Program-made: the position numbers and the translations under genes
Shown: positions 38,432-52,253 of the stretch, piece by piece
Position numbering within the stretch: the stretch's first letter is position 1
How the letters are laid out: each line of letters opens with the position of its first letter
Notes under the pieces: generated by a model
Database searches by the model: none
What the model was told of the DNA's origin: nothing
Seen by the model: the letters and a program-made list of their open reading frames with translations, nothing else
Assembly (NCBI RefSeq): GCF_009834535.1
Contig: NC_045697.1
Location: 18,850,001-18,914,000, forward strand
Reading direction: 5' to 3'
DNA: 64,000 bases
Source of the DNA: Camelus ferus
Lineage: Eukaryota

Positions 38432-39125
38432 TTTTATTGTGGTAAAGTATACATAACATAAAATTTACTATCTTAACCATTTTAAGTGTAGAGTTTGGTG
38501 ATATTAATAAACATTTACATTTTTGTGCAACTATCACCACCATCCATCGCCAGGACTCTTTTCATCTTGCAAAACTGAAACTCTGTACCCATTAACCTTC
38601 CTCTCCTCCCTCCCACCAGTCCCTGGCAACCACCATTCCACTCTCTGTCTCTATGATTTTGATTACTCTAAGTATATCAAGAAGTGGAGTCATACAGCAT
38701 TTGCCTTTTTTATGCCTATATTATTTTACTTAGCATAATGTCTTCAGGGCTCATCCATATTGCAGCGTATGTCAGAATCTCCTTCCTTGTTAAGGTTGAA
38801 TAATATTCCATTGTATGTATCTACCACACTTTGTTTATTCATTTATCCATCAATGGGCACTTGGGTTGCTTTCATTCTTTAGTTATTGTGAATAATGCTG
38901 CTATGAATTTGGATGTACAAGTATCTCTTCAAGACCCTGCTTTTGGGGAGGATGTAGCTCAAGTGGCAGAGTGCATGCTTAGCATGCACAAAGTCCTGGG
39001 TTCAAACCCCAGTACCTCCTCTAAAAAATTAAATAAATCAATAAAAACTTTTTAAAAACCTAATTACCCTCCCCCTACAAAAGACCCTGCTTTCAATTCT
39101 TTAGGTTATATACCCAGAAGTAGAT
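38432..39125 (-). mobile_element. L1MA/MB 3' end, interrupted by a SINE
   Basis: ttttattgtggtaaagtatacataacataaaatttactatcttaaccattttaagtgta…ggttatatacccagaagtag. Confidence 0.88.
38945..39080 (+). mobile_element. tRNA-Ala-derived SINE (vic-1-like) with 13-bp TSD
   Basis: ggggaggatgtagctcaagtggcagagtgcatgcttagcatgcac…gggttcaaaccccagtacctcc; TSD aagaccctgcttt at 38931-38943 and 39081-39093. Confidence 0.92.
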
Positions 39126-42100
39126 CTCATTCTTGGACTGGCATCTTCAGTAAAGTGAGATATTTCCAGTCTAATTGACAGGGCTTAAAATTTCTTGTTC
39201 TTTCTTTTTCAAGGTTGTGTTATCTTTGTGATCTAAACCAAATAGTCGGTACAGTACAATTTAGAAGTTTCTTGAATTTTTTGTGTTTTGCCATTTTGTA
39301 CCTTTGAAAATGCGCTATGACTTTTCTTTGCTGTTAATGGCAGAACCATCCATTTCACTACAATCAGCTCTGACAAAGTTGAGAAAACCATTTAAAATCA
39401 GTCATCTTTTCCTTCCTGGGCTTAATAGACACCTATTTACGCAAAGACAGAGAACGGATCTTTGCATTTCCAGGAAATAGGGGCGATTATGAGACTGTGC
39501 AAATAGTGGTCCCAGACAGTGTGATGGCTAATAGAATTTTATGCCCTTCAGGAAATAGGAAAGCAACCCGAGCAAGATAAAGAGCAAATTATGAATGGAC
39601 TTCTTTTTCTAACAAAGCGTCCAAAGAATTAGACAAGGAACATTAAGCCCCATAAGAAGAATGAAGAATAATTTGACCTGTTGACATAACAGACTCTGAA
39701 TTATTGGGAAATGAGGTTTATCTTTAGCCATCCACCTTCCTCCTTTTATTAATAATGATCTCTAATATTTTTACAGCACTTTGCAATTTACATAGAGCTT
39801 TTCTAGTTGGTGGCACCCTCCTCCTCATGGTTTCCCCTGGTCCCTGCGGACTTTCATCAAATCTGATCTCAGAAATGCATTTGCTCCACTAATTCTCAAT
39901 AAGCAGCTTCAAATCCTTTATGGAACAAGATGAGATCAAACTGAAAAAAAAAATTCATTCAAACAAAGGTAAAAATGACTGATAATGTTTAATGTGTGAC
40001 CTTTCTACAGGCGTTTATATTTTACCCGAAGATAAGGTCTTAAGTTAAACAGATGAATCTGTAATTCTATAGGTCAGGCAGCAGGAGAGATTTGAAATGT
40101 CCTTTTTGATATTCTTAAAAATGAAGCTATTTATGAAGCCATTTTGCTCTCTGGGAAGGTATTTCTCTCTCCAGGTCTGCATAGTTGATGTCATAGGTTT
40201 CTTAGATTAGTTGAATTTAATTAATTAGAGTCCAGATTTTCAAACCATCCAAAAATACTGACTCAGGACTTTAGACATTGGGAGAATCTTAGAACTATTT
40301 TGAACACACTTTTTATTTTATAGATAAGAAAATTGAGGGCAAGAAAGTCTAAATCTGATTAGTTAAAGCCACAAGATCCAAATGCTTTAATAATCAAGGA
40401 AGTTGATAAAGACTAAACCTCAAGTTAAAAGTCTCTTGAGATGTATTGTTGCTACTTAGATACAGACCAGGAACACTATTTTTGGTGGTTGTTGCTGTGG
40501 TTGTGGTGGTGGTGGTTGTGGTTTTTTAAAGCCAGCTGAACTACATCTGAGCAGTGGGATGTTACAATTCCGGTGCTTCTCAATGTGGCGTTTTGATCAA
40601 GCGTAATCATTACTTTTTGTCCCAAGACTAATCCTTATTATTTACATTAATTTCATACTATTCTCTGTATATTTATGAAATTTAATATATAGCAGAATAC
40701 TAGAAAAGTCAACTAATTCTCCTTAATACTGAGCTCTTTAATCACATTGCCAAAGATGTCCTTCCTTAAAATAAGGTATCACTGAGTTGCTGGGCCCCTT
40801 GCTGGCCTTACACCGTCATAGATTTTTGATGAAAGATCCTTAAAGATCATCTTATTCAGATACACCTTGTGGCTAAGCAGATGAGACACTGAGACCCAAA
40901 GAGCCATACATCTAGTTTGTAGAGCCAGAATTGAGAGCCTGAATCCCCTGAATCTGTGTCCAGCTCTTCGTCCACTATACCTCATGGACCATTTTACAAT
41001 AAGCCCAAAGGTGGCTCCAGAAAGACACTTATCCCATGTATTTCAAAACTAGAGAATGCTGACTGGTGTGATTCCTTTAGAGTAAATCCAGTTTTGGAAG
41101 AGGAGAGGAGACTAAGCGTTCTTTCCCAGGCTTTCTGAGCTCACTGGAAATGTTCTCAGATGATGTGGTTGTCTTTAAGAGGTTGACTTTTCCATTCAGC
41201 AATTTTTTGTTTTGCTTGGCCTAACAAGAAAGGAAGATGCTTAACTGAGTGATAGAGCCAGTGACATCTGAACTGGTTGTTTGTTGTCTGTTTCCCTCAT
41301 TAAGTATTTCCATGTTGTGCTGAAAATTCAGAAGCTCATCTTAAAGACCAAAGGTTACAATCAAGATTAATATCAAAGAAGTCCTTAAAAAACTGAAATA
41401 CCAAGATCCTGGTCCTTGGAGGAGCTGTTCTTTCTGAGAAAAACCTGATGACTCATGCTGGTTGTAGAAATTTGTAATCTGCTATAAAAATTGAGAATTT
41501 ATGATTCAAAGATTTCCTTGGCTGCATCTTCGCTGAATCATCTGGAGGGAAATTGGGGGAAAAAAAAACAACAGTCAATTGTCTGGGTATTTTAGCTACC
41601 TAATGACAAACATATGGCTGTTCTGCAAATATCATATGACTACCTGAATTTATTTTATCATCCAGATTTACAGTCATGGACACAGTTGCATTCAAACCTG
41701 CATTACCCTCAAGGAACAATTTGTTTCTACCTGGAATATAATTGGAAATTTTAGGCACAGAATTCAATGATTCCTAGCTTAATGAATGAACATTGCTTAG
41801 TTGAATATGAAACAGTACAACTCATATAATCAAAAATGAGATGGAAAAATATCTCATAAGAGATAGAATGGGGGCAATCCAGCTGCAGTGTATAATCAGA
41901 AGCCAGCATCCTGTCGACATAATGAGGTATATTTTAAACATGAATGTTCGCTAAGACAATCATTTTAAGTTTCAATATAATGGCAGGTCTCTGGAAGGCT
42001 AAGCCCTGAGTTCTACTGATAACTAACAGGAAGGAACATCCACACATAACTTTCAGTTTCAAGCATTCACACGCACCTTCCGAGAGTTCAACCAAGAAAT

Positions 42101-44740
42101 TCCTGGTGTCCAGGAAATAGTGGAGAAAAAACACATGAAACAGACTTCTGGTGGTTAAGCCATCCAGTCTGTGGCATTTTATTATGGCAGCCTTGGCCGA
42201 CTAATACCGTCCTCTGTGGTGGAGATGGTAGCTTGGCACTCAGGAAGCCTTCCAGCCTCCCTCCAATGTGTCTTCCTGTAGTGTAGAGTCAGAGAGGTCA
42301 AAGTCTTCTCTTTCAGTCTTGAACGCAAATTAGCTTCCCCAGTTAGATGTCCTTATGGGAGATTTGGAAGGTGGAAGTGAGGCAGGGGCTGTCTTTGGGC
42401 TGCCGTGGGTGTTGCTGGGACAATCATGGTCATGAAGATGCTGAGTTGTTCTGCAACAGCCTTCTAGTATCCAGATCCCAGCTTTGAGGGTGTTGAAAGA
42501 CAGCTGTCGTCGTGGTGGAAGTCGCCTCTTGATTGCTAGATGGCCGCCCAGGCAGTGTATCTGCAAACTTCCCAGTTCCTGAAGGTGATCTGATTCTCCC
42601 ACCGCTGACTGTGCCAGGGGTAGCAGCCACCTTGTGAGTCACCTTGACAGCGTTGTCTCTGGAACCCTGGTCTAGAACTTGCTCTTCAAGTCTTTCCTAT
42701 TCCATAAGTATTTTAATGGTTTATATAAAATCCCCTTCTGCTTAAGAAAGCTAGAAGGTTTAACAACTGAACCCACATTGATGCATTCTCCTCTGTGTCT
42801 TTGGCCTTGAGCATGATACCTGGCATATGTAGACAATGAACAAATGTTAATTGCTGTTGTCTAAATGAGTGGTTCTAAATCTGCTAATAAAGAACATGAA
42901 GGCCCAGGCTCATTGAGGTAGAACAGGGCCCTAGTCCTTGTAGTTTTACCAAGTTACGTAGGAGATTCTAATACTCACCAGAGTTTGAGGAACTCTGGTT
43001 CAACCATTCTCTGAAGCCTACCAGGGATCAGGGCATGCTTCTAAGCACTGGATATTTAGTGACTTGTTGACTTTATAAAGTCAAAAGTAGTATTATCTCC
43101 ATTTTACAGATGTGAAAACTGAGGCATAAAGAGCCTTAGAAAAGTACCCAAAATCGCATTGCAAGTAAGTGGTAGATCTTAGCATCTGACCCCAAGTACC
43201 CAGGAGCTTAGACCATGAGTCCCAAGTTCATGACCACTAGAGTCTTCTGCTTGGATGATCTCTCTTTGCAGACCCTAAAGATGAATCTCATTTAAACTTA
43301 AATCAGATTTTTTCAAGTAATTTTTTAAAACTTAAATACATCTCAGTCTCTCTGACCAAGTCCTTCAATTACTAAAGACAAATATTGGGCTAACAAAAAC
43401 TTTTCCAACCAAACGATAGTCTCTTGGATAAATGCCAGACTACTTCCAAGTCTAATGAGGCCGATTTAAATCAAGGAATAGCTTGAGGGAATAATTTCTC
43501 TTAAATGAAACTAATAATTCCCTGAATTTTATTGTTATCTTTGAAGTGAAGAATGACAAAACTGACCTTTAGGTCCACCCATTTATTAGAGAAAACCTCT
43601 TACATTTGCAAGAAGAAAAGATCGATATAGTATTATTTAGCTGTGGAGTCCCCCATACTTTCCCCCTTACTAACAACATTCCTTACAGTCTTAAGATTGC
43701 ATCTCTATGATTTAGTAAAATCCTATTACTTTTCTAATGCCTAGAAGTTAATAATGTAGAAAGAGATATTAGACGCTGTCCAGAGGAACTTCCTATAGAG
43801 ATGCGCAGAAATGCACAATGAGAAGAAGATATTCTTCCTTCATGTACTTTGTAATCTCTTTAGTCAATAGAAGTTCTCACATTTAAATTTTATCATTATT
43901 AAAAGGGAGGATTTCTGAAAACTTTTGGAATTTTCATTCCTGTCACTAGTTGGGCTTGCAAAACAAAAGTGGGACCTGAACATTTTTGAGGCAAAAATTA
44001 CCTTCATTTGCCCCAGAGAGGAGATGAGGGATTAAACAAGCTGGTTCAGATCCCAGCTCTGTTATTACGCACTGTATTGTGACTTTTGACAAGTTACCTA
44101 ACTTTCAAGTCTCAGTTTCTATAAAACTTAGGGAAAATAACTCATATCTTATGTGGCATTACAAGAGTTAAATGAGATAATATTAATTTTTTTCCCTCCA
44201 GGTTGAATCTCTGCAGCTCTGAAGGAAAAGAAAGGAAGGAAGGAAGGAGGGAGGGAGGGGAAGAAAAAAAATAATGACAACAAACCACACATACCAAAAT
44301 AAAAATTCTGGAATCATGAGAATGCCTGAGATAAACTGTCAGAAAACTTGGGTGTAAACTTGGAGTTCTGCCTCCATCTTCTTGTGTGACTTGAAATAAT
44401 TCTCTTAATTTTACTCTTGGAAAGAGCAAATTTCACTCTTGTCAAAAGGAGATGAAATTTTTGGCTTCCCAGGTTTGTTCTAATTCTGACAATTTATGGT
44501 GCAGGAATATAAAATGTAATTCTTAAAATTTATTTAAAGATATACACTTTTCCCCATATCCTAAAAACCTTAAAATGTGTTTTTTAACCATCTCCATTTC
44601 TTGGCCCTTTTCTTTGTTTTGTGGAGTGAAGTTGTTTCAGCAAATGAGTCAGTTGAGATGGAAACATTTATTTATCTGATGTAATGTATGGACGATATTC
44701 TTTTAAAGTGTTTCCAGTATGTTTTGATATTAAGCAGCAT

Positions 44741-44774
<34 letters not shown>

Positions 44775-45248
44775 TATATGGTCTGATGAAAATGCTAGTG
44801 GTGAATCACAGCCACCTATCCTTTCCCTTTAGGGATCCCAGTTTGATTTTGCCACCTTCCCTTCTTCTTAACAAAAGTGCTATTTGACATACATTTCATG
44901 TTTAGTTCTATGAATTAAACTTTGTTTGGGGAATCTGGAAAGAGAATCTCACAATTTATTTGGGACCCAGCACAATGTACCACTGGACCCAGATCCAAGG
45001 GGCACCCTGGAAGGGGCTGTGGACCCAGCTCAAGGGGTCAGTCCCCAAAAGTGGAGTCCAGTTCAGTACGGACAAACCCAGACAGAAGAACAATGCAGCA
45101 GGGTAAAGGGCCAGAATCCCATAAAACAGAAAATCAGAATGGAAATTCTGTAAAGAATGTCAGGATGTTAGGGTGACAAAGAGGAGTCAAAATAGAATGG
45201 GACTTTGTGGAGGGAGGGAGGTATGACCAGGGCTCTTAAAGAGCCTCT

Positions 45249-45684
45249 TGTATTAGTTAATTTTACATGTCGACCTGGCTAGCCATGGTGCCCATTTGTT
45301 TGGTCAAGCACTAAACTAGATGTTGCCGTAAAGGTCCTTGGTAGATATGGTTAGCACCTACAATCTGTTGACTTTACATAAATTCATAATGGGGGTAGGC
45401 CTCATGGAATCAGTTATAGACTTGAGGTTTCCTGGAGAAGAAAGAATTCTGCCTCAAGACTGTAACCTAGAAATTCTGCTTGAGTTTCCAGCCTGCTGCC
45501 CTATGGATTTTGGACTCAAGATTACATCAACTCTTACCTGAATTTCCAGCCTGCTGACCTGCTCTACAGATTTCAGACTTTCCAGTCCCCACAGTCATGC
45601 GAGTCAATTTCTTAAAATCTATCTCTGTCTATATCTACATCTGTACCTACTGATCCTTCCTCTGGAGGATCCTGACTGATAATA
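45249..45684 (+). mobile_element. MLT2 solo LTR
   Basis: tgtattagttaattttacatgtcgacctggctag…ctctggaggatcctgactgataata. Confidence 0.85.
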
Positions 45685-46179
45685 TCTCTGTTTGTGATTC
45701 TTCTTCTCTAATGCAAGGGTGTAAAGTTTGGAAGACTCTCTTGGGCTGGAAATTTGAGTTTAAAGCTGCAAGACTCCAGCCAAGCAGCCCTGCCTACAGA
45801 AAATGAGAAGTGGTCTTTTTCCCCTTTGACCAGCTGGGCCTGCTGCCTTCTGGGCAACTTATTTGGTGTTCCACTCAGATTGGGTTCTCCCCGCAGCAGA
45901 CTCTGAAATAAGAATTTGAGCGTAAATAGTGTGTTGAGGTGATCCCAGCAAAGACAGATAGGGAGTGGGGAAGCAGACAGGGAAGTGAATGTTAGTAAGT
46001 GGAGTACAGCTGTGGGCTAAGTTCAATGCCACTGACACTGGGGCCCTCTATGCCCTGGGGACATACAGCTCTGTGCCAGGGAATGTGCTGAATATCAAGG
46101 AAAAAATGGTGCATCAATTTTCTAGATGTTGCATTACTTAAAATATTTTTATATTAAAATCAACACAGGCATATTTTGG

Positions 46180-46339
46180 CGGGGAGGGTATAGCTCAGTG
46201 GTAGAGTGTGTGCTTAGCATGCAAAAAGTCCTGGGTTCAATCTCTAGTACCTCTATTAAAAAAAATTAGATAAACCTAATTACCTTATACCTCCCCCCAA
46301 AGGCTTAAAAATAAATAAAATTTAAAATAAAATAAAATA
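46180..46339 (+). mobile_element. tRNA-Ala-derived SINE (vic-1-like) with 18-bp TSD
   Basis: ggggagggtatagctcagtggtagagtg…; TSD aacacaggcatattttgg at 46162-46179 and 46340-46357. Confidence 0.93.
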
Positions 46340-47031
46340 AACACAGGCATATTTTGGAATACTTACATGGTCTCGTGAATATTTGAGATAAAGCATGAGA
46401 ACTCAAAGGTACCTTGAGCTAGTCGAGAACCACTATTTTAGTGTAGTTTTTGTCAAGTTCCCTCTATCAAACATGTAATTCAATTTCCCATTTGAAAGTT
46501 TCTCCTTGCTGTGACACCCACTTTATTCCAGGCCTCATAGCCTTGGTCCTTCCACTGTATAGAGCTTGTCTCGCTCGGGCTTAAGTCCCAGTAACAGACC
46601 TGTCGGCCCCTTTCCCAGGCCCCCTCCTGTTAACAACCTGTCGTGGGATGCTGCTTATGCACCAGCAGGCCTTACTCTGCCCCTCACTAGCTCTGCTCTC
46701 AGATGACCGGGCCTCTGACATATGGCTTCTGATATTCTTTCTAGGTTTATAACTTGATCCTAATTCCCCATCTGTATCCATAGGGACAATTTTCACAGTA
46801 GACAGAGACAGGACCCACTGCAATCTTCAATTTGATCTCAAGGACTTAATATTGTGGCTGTCTTATTCTGATATATATGATTGCCTTGCACATGTCACTA
46901 TGCCTTCAAGAACCCTGGAGCAACACCACCAAAAAAAAGATGACAAATAGTATGTAAGTTCCCAGGAGGCAAAGGTGGAAAGGCCATATAATACGGAAAA
47001 GAACAGTGCAAAAGGAAATATCCTGGGATGG

Positions 47032-47033
<2 letters not shown>

Positions 47034-47081
<48 letters not shown>
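47034..47081 (+). repeat. (GT)n microsatellite
   Basis: Perfect GT run of about 24 units. Confidence 0.95.
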
Positions 47082-47082
<1 letters not shown>

Positions 47083-47522
47083 GCAGTTTGGAGGAGAGGT
47101 GAGAAAGTAGAGTTGTATTCATAGAAATGAGGAGAAAATGAGTGGAGTAGAGCCTGCTCTGCTGTGTTACCTGAAAGCAAGAGGAAGGGCCTGGAGAAAC
47201 CAGGGCATCACTTTGCAGCAGTAAATCTCTTTCTTACCAAGCAGGGCAGATCGTACTGAAGAACAGATTCCTTCTAATGTTCACTTCGGCTTGTACAACC
47301 AGAGAGAATAACTGAGAATTCCAACAGAGTGGTTTCCAGATACAGAAAGCCCTTCACCGCAAGGTATTTATGCACAAGCTGCTTTCTTCACACATCACCA
47401 ATTGTCTTCTTTTTTCTTTTACAATAACATTTGCAAATGTTTTTCTCTTGTCACTTAATCTTTTGCTTATAGACCTCATTTTGCAAATCTTACTTGTTTC
47501 TAGCCTTTAAAACATCACCATG

Positions 47523-48280
47523 TAAATGCTGGACAGGGTGTGGAGGAAAGGGAACCCTCCTACACTGCTGGTGGGAATGCAGTTTGGTGCAGCCATTGTG
47601 GAAAACAGTATGGAGATTCCTCAAAAGACTAAAAATAGACTCATCATATGATCTAGCAATCCCACTCCTGGGCATGTATCCAGAAGGAAGCCTGATTCAA
47701 AAAGACACCTGCACCCCAATGTTCATAGCAGCACTATTTACAATAGCCAAGACATGGAAATAGCCTAAATGTCCACTGACGGATGACTGGATAAAACAGT
47801 TGTGGTATATGTATACAATGGAATACTATTCAGCCATAAAAATGACAACAGAATGCCATTTGCAGCAACATGGATGTCCCTGGAGAATGTCATTGTAAGT
47901 AAAGTAAGCCAGAAAGAGAAAGAAAAATATCATGTGATATCACTCATATGTGGAATCCAAAAAAAAAAAAACAGGTGAACTTAAATATAAAACAGAAACA
48001 GACTCATAGACATAGAATACAAACTTGTGGTTGCTAGAGGGGAAGCAGGTGGGAAGGAACAGACTGGGAGTTCAAGATTGGTAGATACTGACAGGTATAT
48101 ATAGAATAGATAAACAAGTTTATACTGTATAGCACAGGGAAACATATTCAAGATCTTGTAGTAGCTCACAGTGAAAAAGAATATGAAAATGAATATATAT
48201 ATATTCATGTATGACTGAAAAATGGTGCTGTACACCAGAAATTGACACAACACTGTAAACTAACTATAATTCAATTAAAA
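47523..48280 (+). mobile_element. Lineage L1 3' fragment (ORF2 end + 3' UTR)
   Basis: [34 protein letters not shown] is the L1 ORF2 Cys-rich C-terminus; flanks aacatcaccatg / aactcaccatg as imperfect TSD. Confidence 0.92.
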
Positions 48281-50584
48281 AAACTCACCATGATATGGAT
48301 AAATTGCTGCATTGATAAGTACTGTAATTTAGATTCTGGATCTTGAACTGCACACAGTCAACTCTGTGTGAATGTTATGTGATCTGAATATTGCCTAACT
48401 CTAAGGACTTTAATTTATTTGTAGTCTGATGGCCCAAATATCAGTCAGGGAAGTTCCTTTACAAGTGCTCATATCCTACTACAATTTTATACTGAAGTCA
48501 TTTTGGACACTATAGCAGCATCAATGAGCAATTCTTCTCTTTCATCTTTCTCCAAGGATTGAGAATAAAAGACTAGATTATTTCTTGCCAGACTCTCTTG
48601 TAGCTAGAGGTGGTTATATGACACAGCTTCAGGCAATACAATGCATGGGGAATTCTTCTTGAAAAAAAAACAAAACAGTTTTTTTCTGAAAAAAGAGAGA
48701 CATACCCAGCCATTGAGAACTCATTTCCCCGCTTCCTGCCGGTTTGGAACCGCAGCAGCCATCTGAGACGGAAGCCATGAGGTGTGCAGTGAAAGTGAGC
48801 TTGCAGATGGCAAAATGGGAAGGAAGAGAAGAACTCAGATTCTTGACGATGGTGTTCAGGCCCTGAACCAAGCTCGGGACAGTCTTCCAGACTTGTTGTT
48901 AATCATAAATATCCTATAATTTAAACCACTGTTACTTGGCTTTTCTCTTGAGAGTTTTATTATTTGTAAGGAGTCAACACGGTCCATGAGTACAGTGCTA
49001 GTAGCCCAGTCCTCCCCATTCATACACAATCACCTGGCACCAGAGGAAGGAAAGATGGGAATGGAAGACAGCATGTCTGATACTCAGCCTGGACTCACAC
49101 ATGAGGTATGGCCACCTTGTAAAGAGAGGTGGCAAGCAGAATCAAAGAGGCTTTTTTCATGAGGGCTTCAGCGAGCCTTGGGGTTTAAGCACCTCTGGGT
49201 TTTGCAGCTTTGGGAGCAACAGGAAGCAACACCCTGGACAGTGGCTTGGGTGCATCAAACATCACAGAAGTAGGCAGAGCAGATCAGGAGTAGAATTTTT
49301 CCTAAGCACACATGTTTCATTTCCTAATGACTCTCAGGAGTAACAGGAAAAGACTCTGGAAAGGAGTGCGAGGTCTTGTGCTAGCAAGTGGGGCTTACTA
49401 TCCAGTGACAGGTAGTTGATATCACAATGAGCTCATTTGTTCCCAAAGACAGCGAGGCCTGTGACATTTGTGATATACACAACACACATAATTATTTAAG
49501 TAAATTTCTGGCAACATACAATTTAAGCTATTCTGCAGACACAGCATGCTAAAAGCAGTATCTCCGTCTGTAACAACAGCTGATTTCCTTTCATTGTAGA
49601 TTTTAGAGTTTACGCAAGCCACGCTTACAGGAATAAAGTAAGGATGAGTTCTGGTATACACTGAAAAATGCCTCGCTTTTGTGTTAGGTTCGCAGGGTGT
49701 TTTTGATGTGGTGCACATCCCTGCCCCTGTGAGGCCACTGGTCAGTTATTTTCAAATGCATCCCCTCACCCACAGTGAAACCTGACACTACATTGTATGT
49801 AAAATAGATGAAGGCAAAGCAGGTCTCAAAAAGTCAAGACTGGACGCACATGTTGGCTCAGAGTACCTCTGCTCTGAATTTAAGACCATTTTTGAGGAGA
49901 CTTCTCTCTACGTCTATTTTGTTTTTGTCTCTGTTTATACATTTTCAACTACTCAGATGATTTGGACCTCCTTTGCTATTCATCTGTTAGGCTGGGTCAT
50001 GTTTCATTCTAAAATGTCAGAAGTAGAGTGTTTTCCCAATATCCACCCACACTGGGGAGAGTAAGGATTTCCAAGACAAAGTTCTTCCTTGTGGGATGGA
50101 TATGGGAATCTGCACATTCGGTGTCTTACGAGACAATGACTTTAAAGTGATAACATTTCCAGATACACAGGTGGGAGATGATAGGTGTCTGACCACCCTC
50201 ACAGCTCTTTGTGTACTGGCCTCACCATCCCTTTAAGACTGAAAATTCCTTGAGAGAAGGGACCATTTTTTACTCATATCTGCTTTCCCCTTGCCATTCC
50301 TAGCACAGAGTATCTGTTCTGAAAAGTTTTGCTAAACTGAATTGAAAAGAGAACAGAGAGCATTCTAGAATTGAGTTATGCTGTAACACACCTGCTTCTA
50401 TGGATGTGAAAAATAGTTTTTTAATGTTAGGATTAAATTTATTTTTGCTTGGACATGCCTTCAGAATCAAATCCAAACTTTTTAATTGCTGATTAAGAAG
50501 CAATTTGTAGTTTTGCTACAAATTTTTCTCTCCTTAAAAAAAAAAAAATTCCAAAGTCTCTATCTGTACAAAGAATTGTGCCGG

Positions 50585-50763
50585 TGGGGGGGGGCAGGGT
50601 ATAGCCCAGCAGAGTGAGTCCCTAGCATGCAGGAGGCCCTGGGTTCAATCCTCAGTACCACTATTAAATGAATGAATGAATGAATGAATGAAGAAATAAA
50701 CAAACAAACCTGATTACAACCCCCCCCAAAAAAAGAAATTTCAAAAAAGTAGTTTAAAAAAAG
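50585..50763 (+). mobile_element. tRNA-Ala-derived SINE (vic-1-like) with TSD
   Basis: gggtatagcccagcagag…ctgggttcaatcctcagtacc, (AATG)n tail; TSD agaattgtgccgg / agaattgtgctgg. Confidence 0.88.
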
Positions 50764-51714
50764 AGAATTGTGCTGGGCACTTTCACATATTTTACTGCAT
50801 TTATTTGGGTACTTTCTATTCCCTTGTCAATTGAACTGGATATTATTTTTACTGAATTATCTCAATTTTAATGTTTAATTTATTAATATTTACTGCTATT
50901 TTAATAACAGATACATTTGTTCCTCATAATATCCCCTCAGATGGGTATTTCATCCTCTTGCTACAGATGAGAAAGCTGAAACTCTAATGAAGGAAGGGAC
51001 TCATGCAACTCCAAGGGAATTGCAGGAAGGTAGCAGGAAGCAGGAAGGGAGCTAAACTCTAGGCACCATGCCTTTTCTTCTGCTCTGGAGTTTCACTGCT
51101 TTCTCCTCTATGCTTTATGGCCCTTCTCAAACTTAGCATCCTTATTTTTTAGTTATTAATCACTTCACCCCTCTCAATCTCAAAAGAACTGTCTCCTTAG
51201 TTTTCTTCTTTGGTTCAAAGTGAGGTGTGGGCTGGAGATTCATGGCTGGGTGGGATGCTGGGGAGATTGTAAAGAGTTGAGGAGATGTACTCAACTACAA
51301 GTTTGAGAAATTCTGCGTTGTGGGAGGATGTTTTGTAGAGTCTATCATTAATTGCCTTAAGTACTTTGACTCTTTTTCCCTACCTGCCTCTTTCCAAAGA
51401 TGTTTTTAATAGACAAACCTGACCAAATGGATCATTTGGAATTTGTATTTACCATCACAATATTCTGAGCAGTAGTATTGTGAAGGCCAGGTATTGTGCA
51501 TTGATGCCAGCGGTCCAGTTCCTTTGAATTTCTGTTGTTTACTTGTTCTAGTCCTTTGCTATTCAGAGTGTAGTCTGCAGTGTCTGAGGGCTTGGCAGCA
51601 GGCAGCTGGTTGGTCTTCATCCTGAGCTCCCTCTGGGATCACTGTCAGGGGGAGCTGTAGTGGCTTGATGGCTGCAACATCTTTTGTTTACTGATCTGTC
51701 AGGTAACAGCTTTT

Positions 51715-51837
51715 GGGGGGTGGGGGGGAGGTAGAATTAGGTTTATTTATTTGTATTTTTAGAGGAGGTGCTGGGGATTGAATCTAGGACCTTTTCCTTG
51801 TTAGGCATGTGTCCCACTTGAGCTATACCCTCCCCCC
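51715..51837 (-). mobile_element. tRNA-Ala-derived SINE (vic-1-like) inside a probable LTR fragment (~51570-51852)
   Basis: ggggattgaatctaggacc…ttgagctataccctcccc; TSD aacagcttt / aacagtttt. Confidence 0.85.
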
Positions 51838-52253
51838 AACAGTTTTCATTCGCATTGTGAATTAGGTATTATTTTACAGAAGCAGAAACGTAAATTCTAA
51901 AATTTAAGCAAGTTAACACAGCTAGTGTCAGAACCTTATAATTTTGAAAGTAATTTGCCATGTCGCTGTGTGCACTGCCCTGTTTTTGCATCAATTGGAA
52001 GGTGGGAGAGGAATGATCCTTATAAACACGTAAATACACAACTTTCTGATTTCCCATGGTTCATCAGAGGCCCTGTGGCTCTGGAGGAAAGAGCGCCTGT
52101 TTCTGCCTTTCAACCATAGACTAAACTGGAACAATGGAATGAAAAGCTATTCCCCTCCCCCAATCCCGCAGGTCGTCTTCCGCCAGCGGAACGCAGGTGC
52201 TGGGACCTTCAGGCGCGGGGGGGACCAGAGAGGAACGGACACACGGCTCGGCA

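Noticed and set aside
38945..39020. tRNA-Ala(AGC)-like genes (also at 46181, 7510, 30830, 50595, 51765)
   Set aside because: They have A-rich tails, a shared non-tRNA 3' motif, TSDs in four copies and mismatched stems, so they are SINEs rather than tRNA genes.
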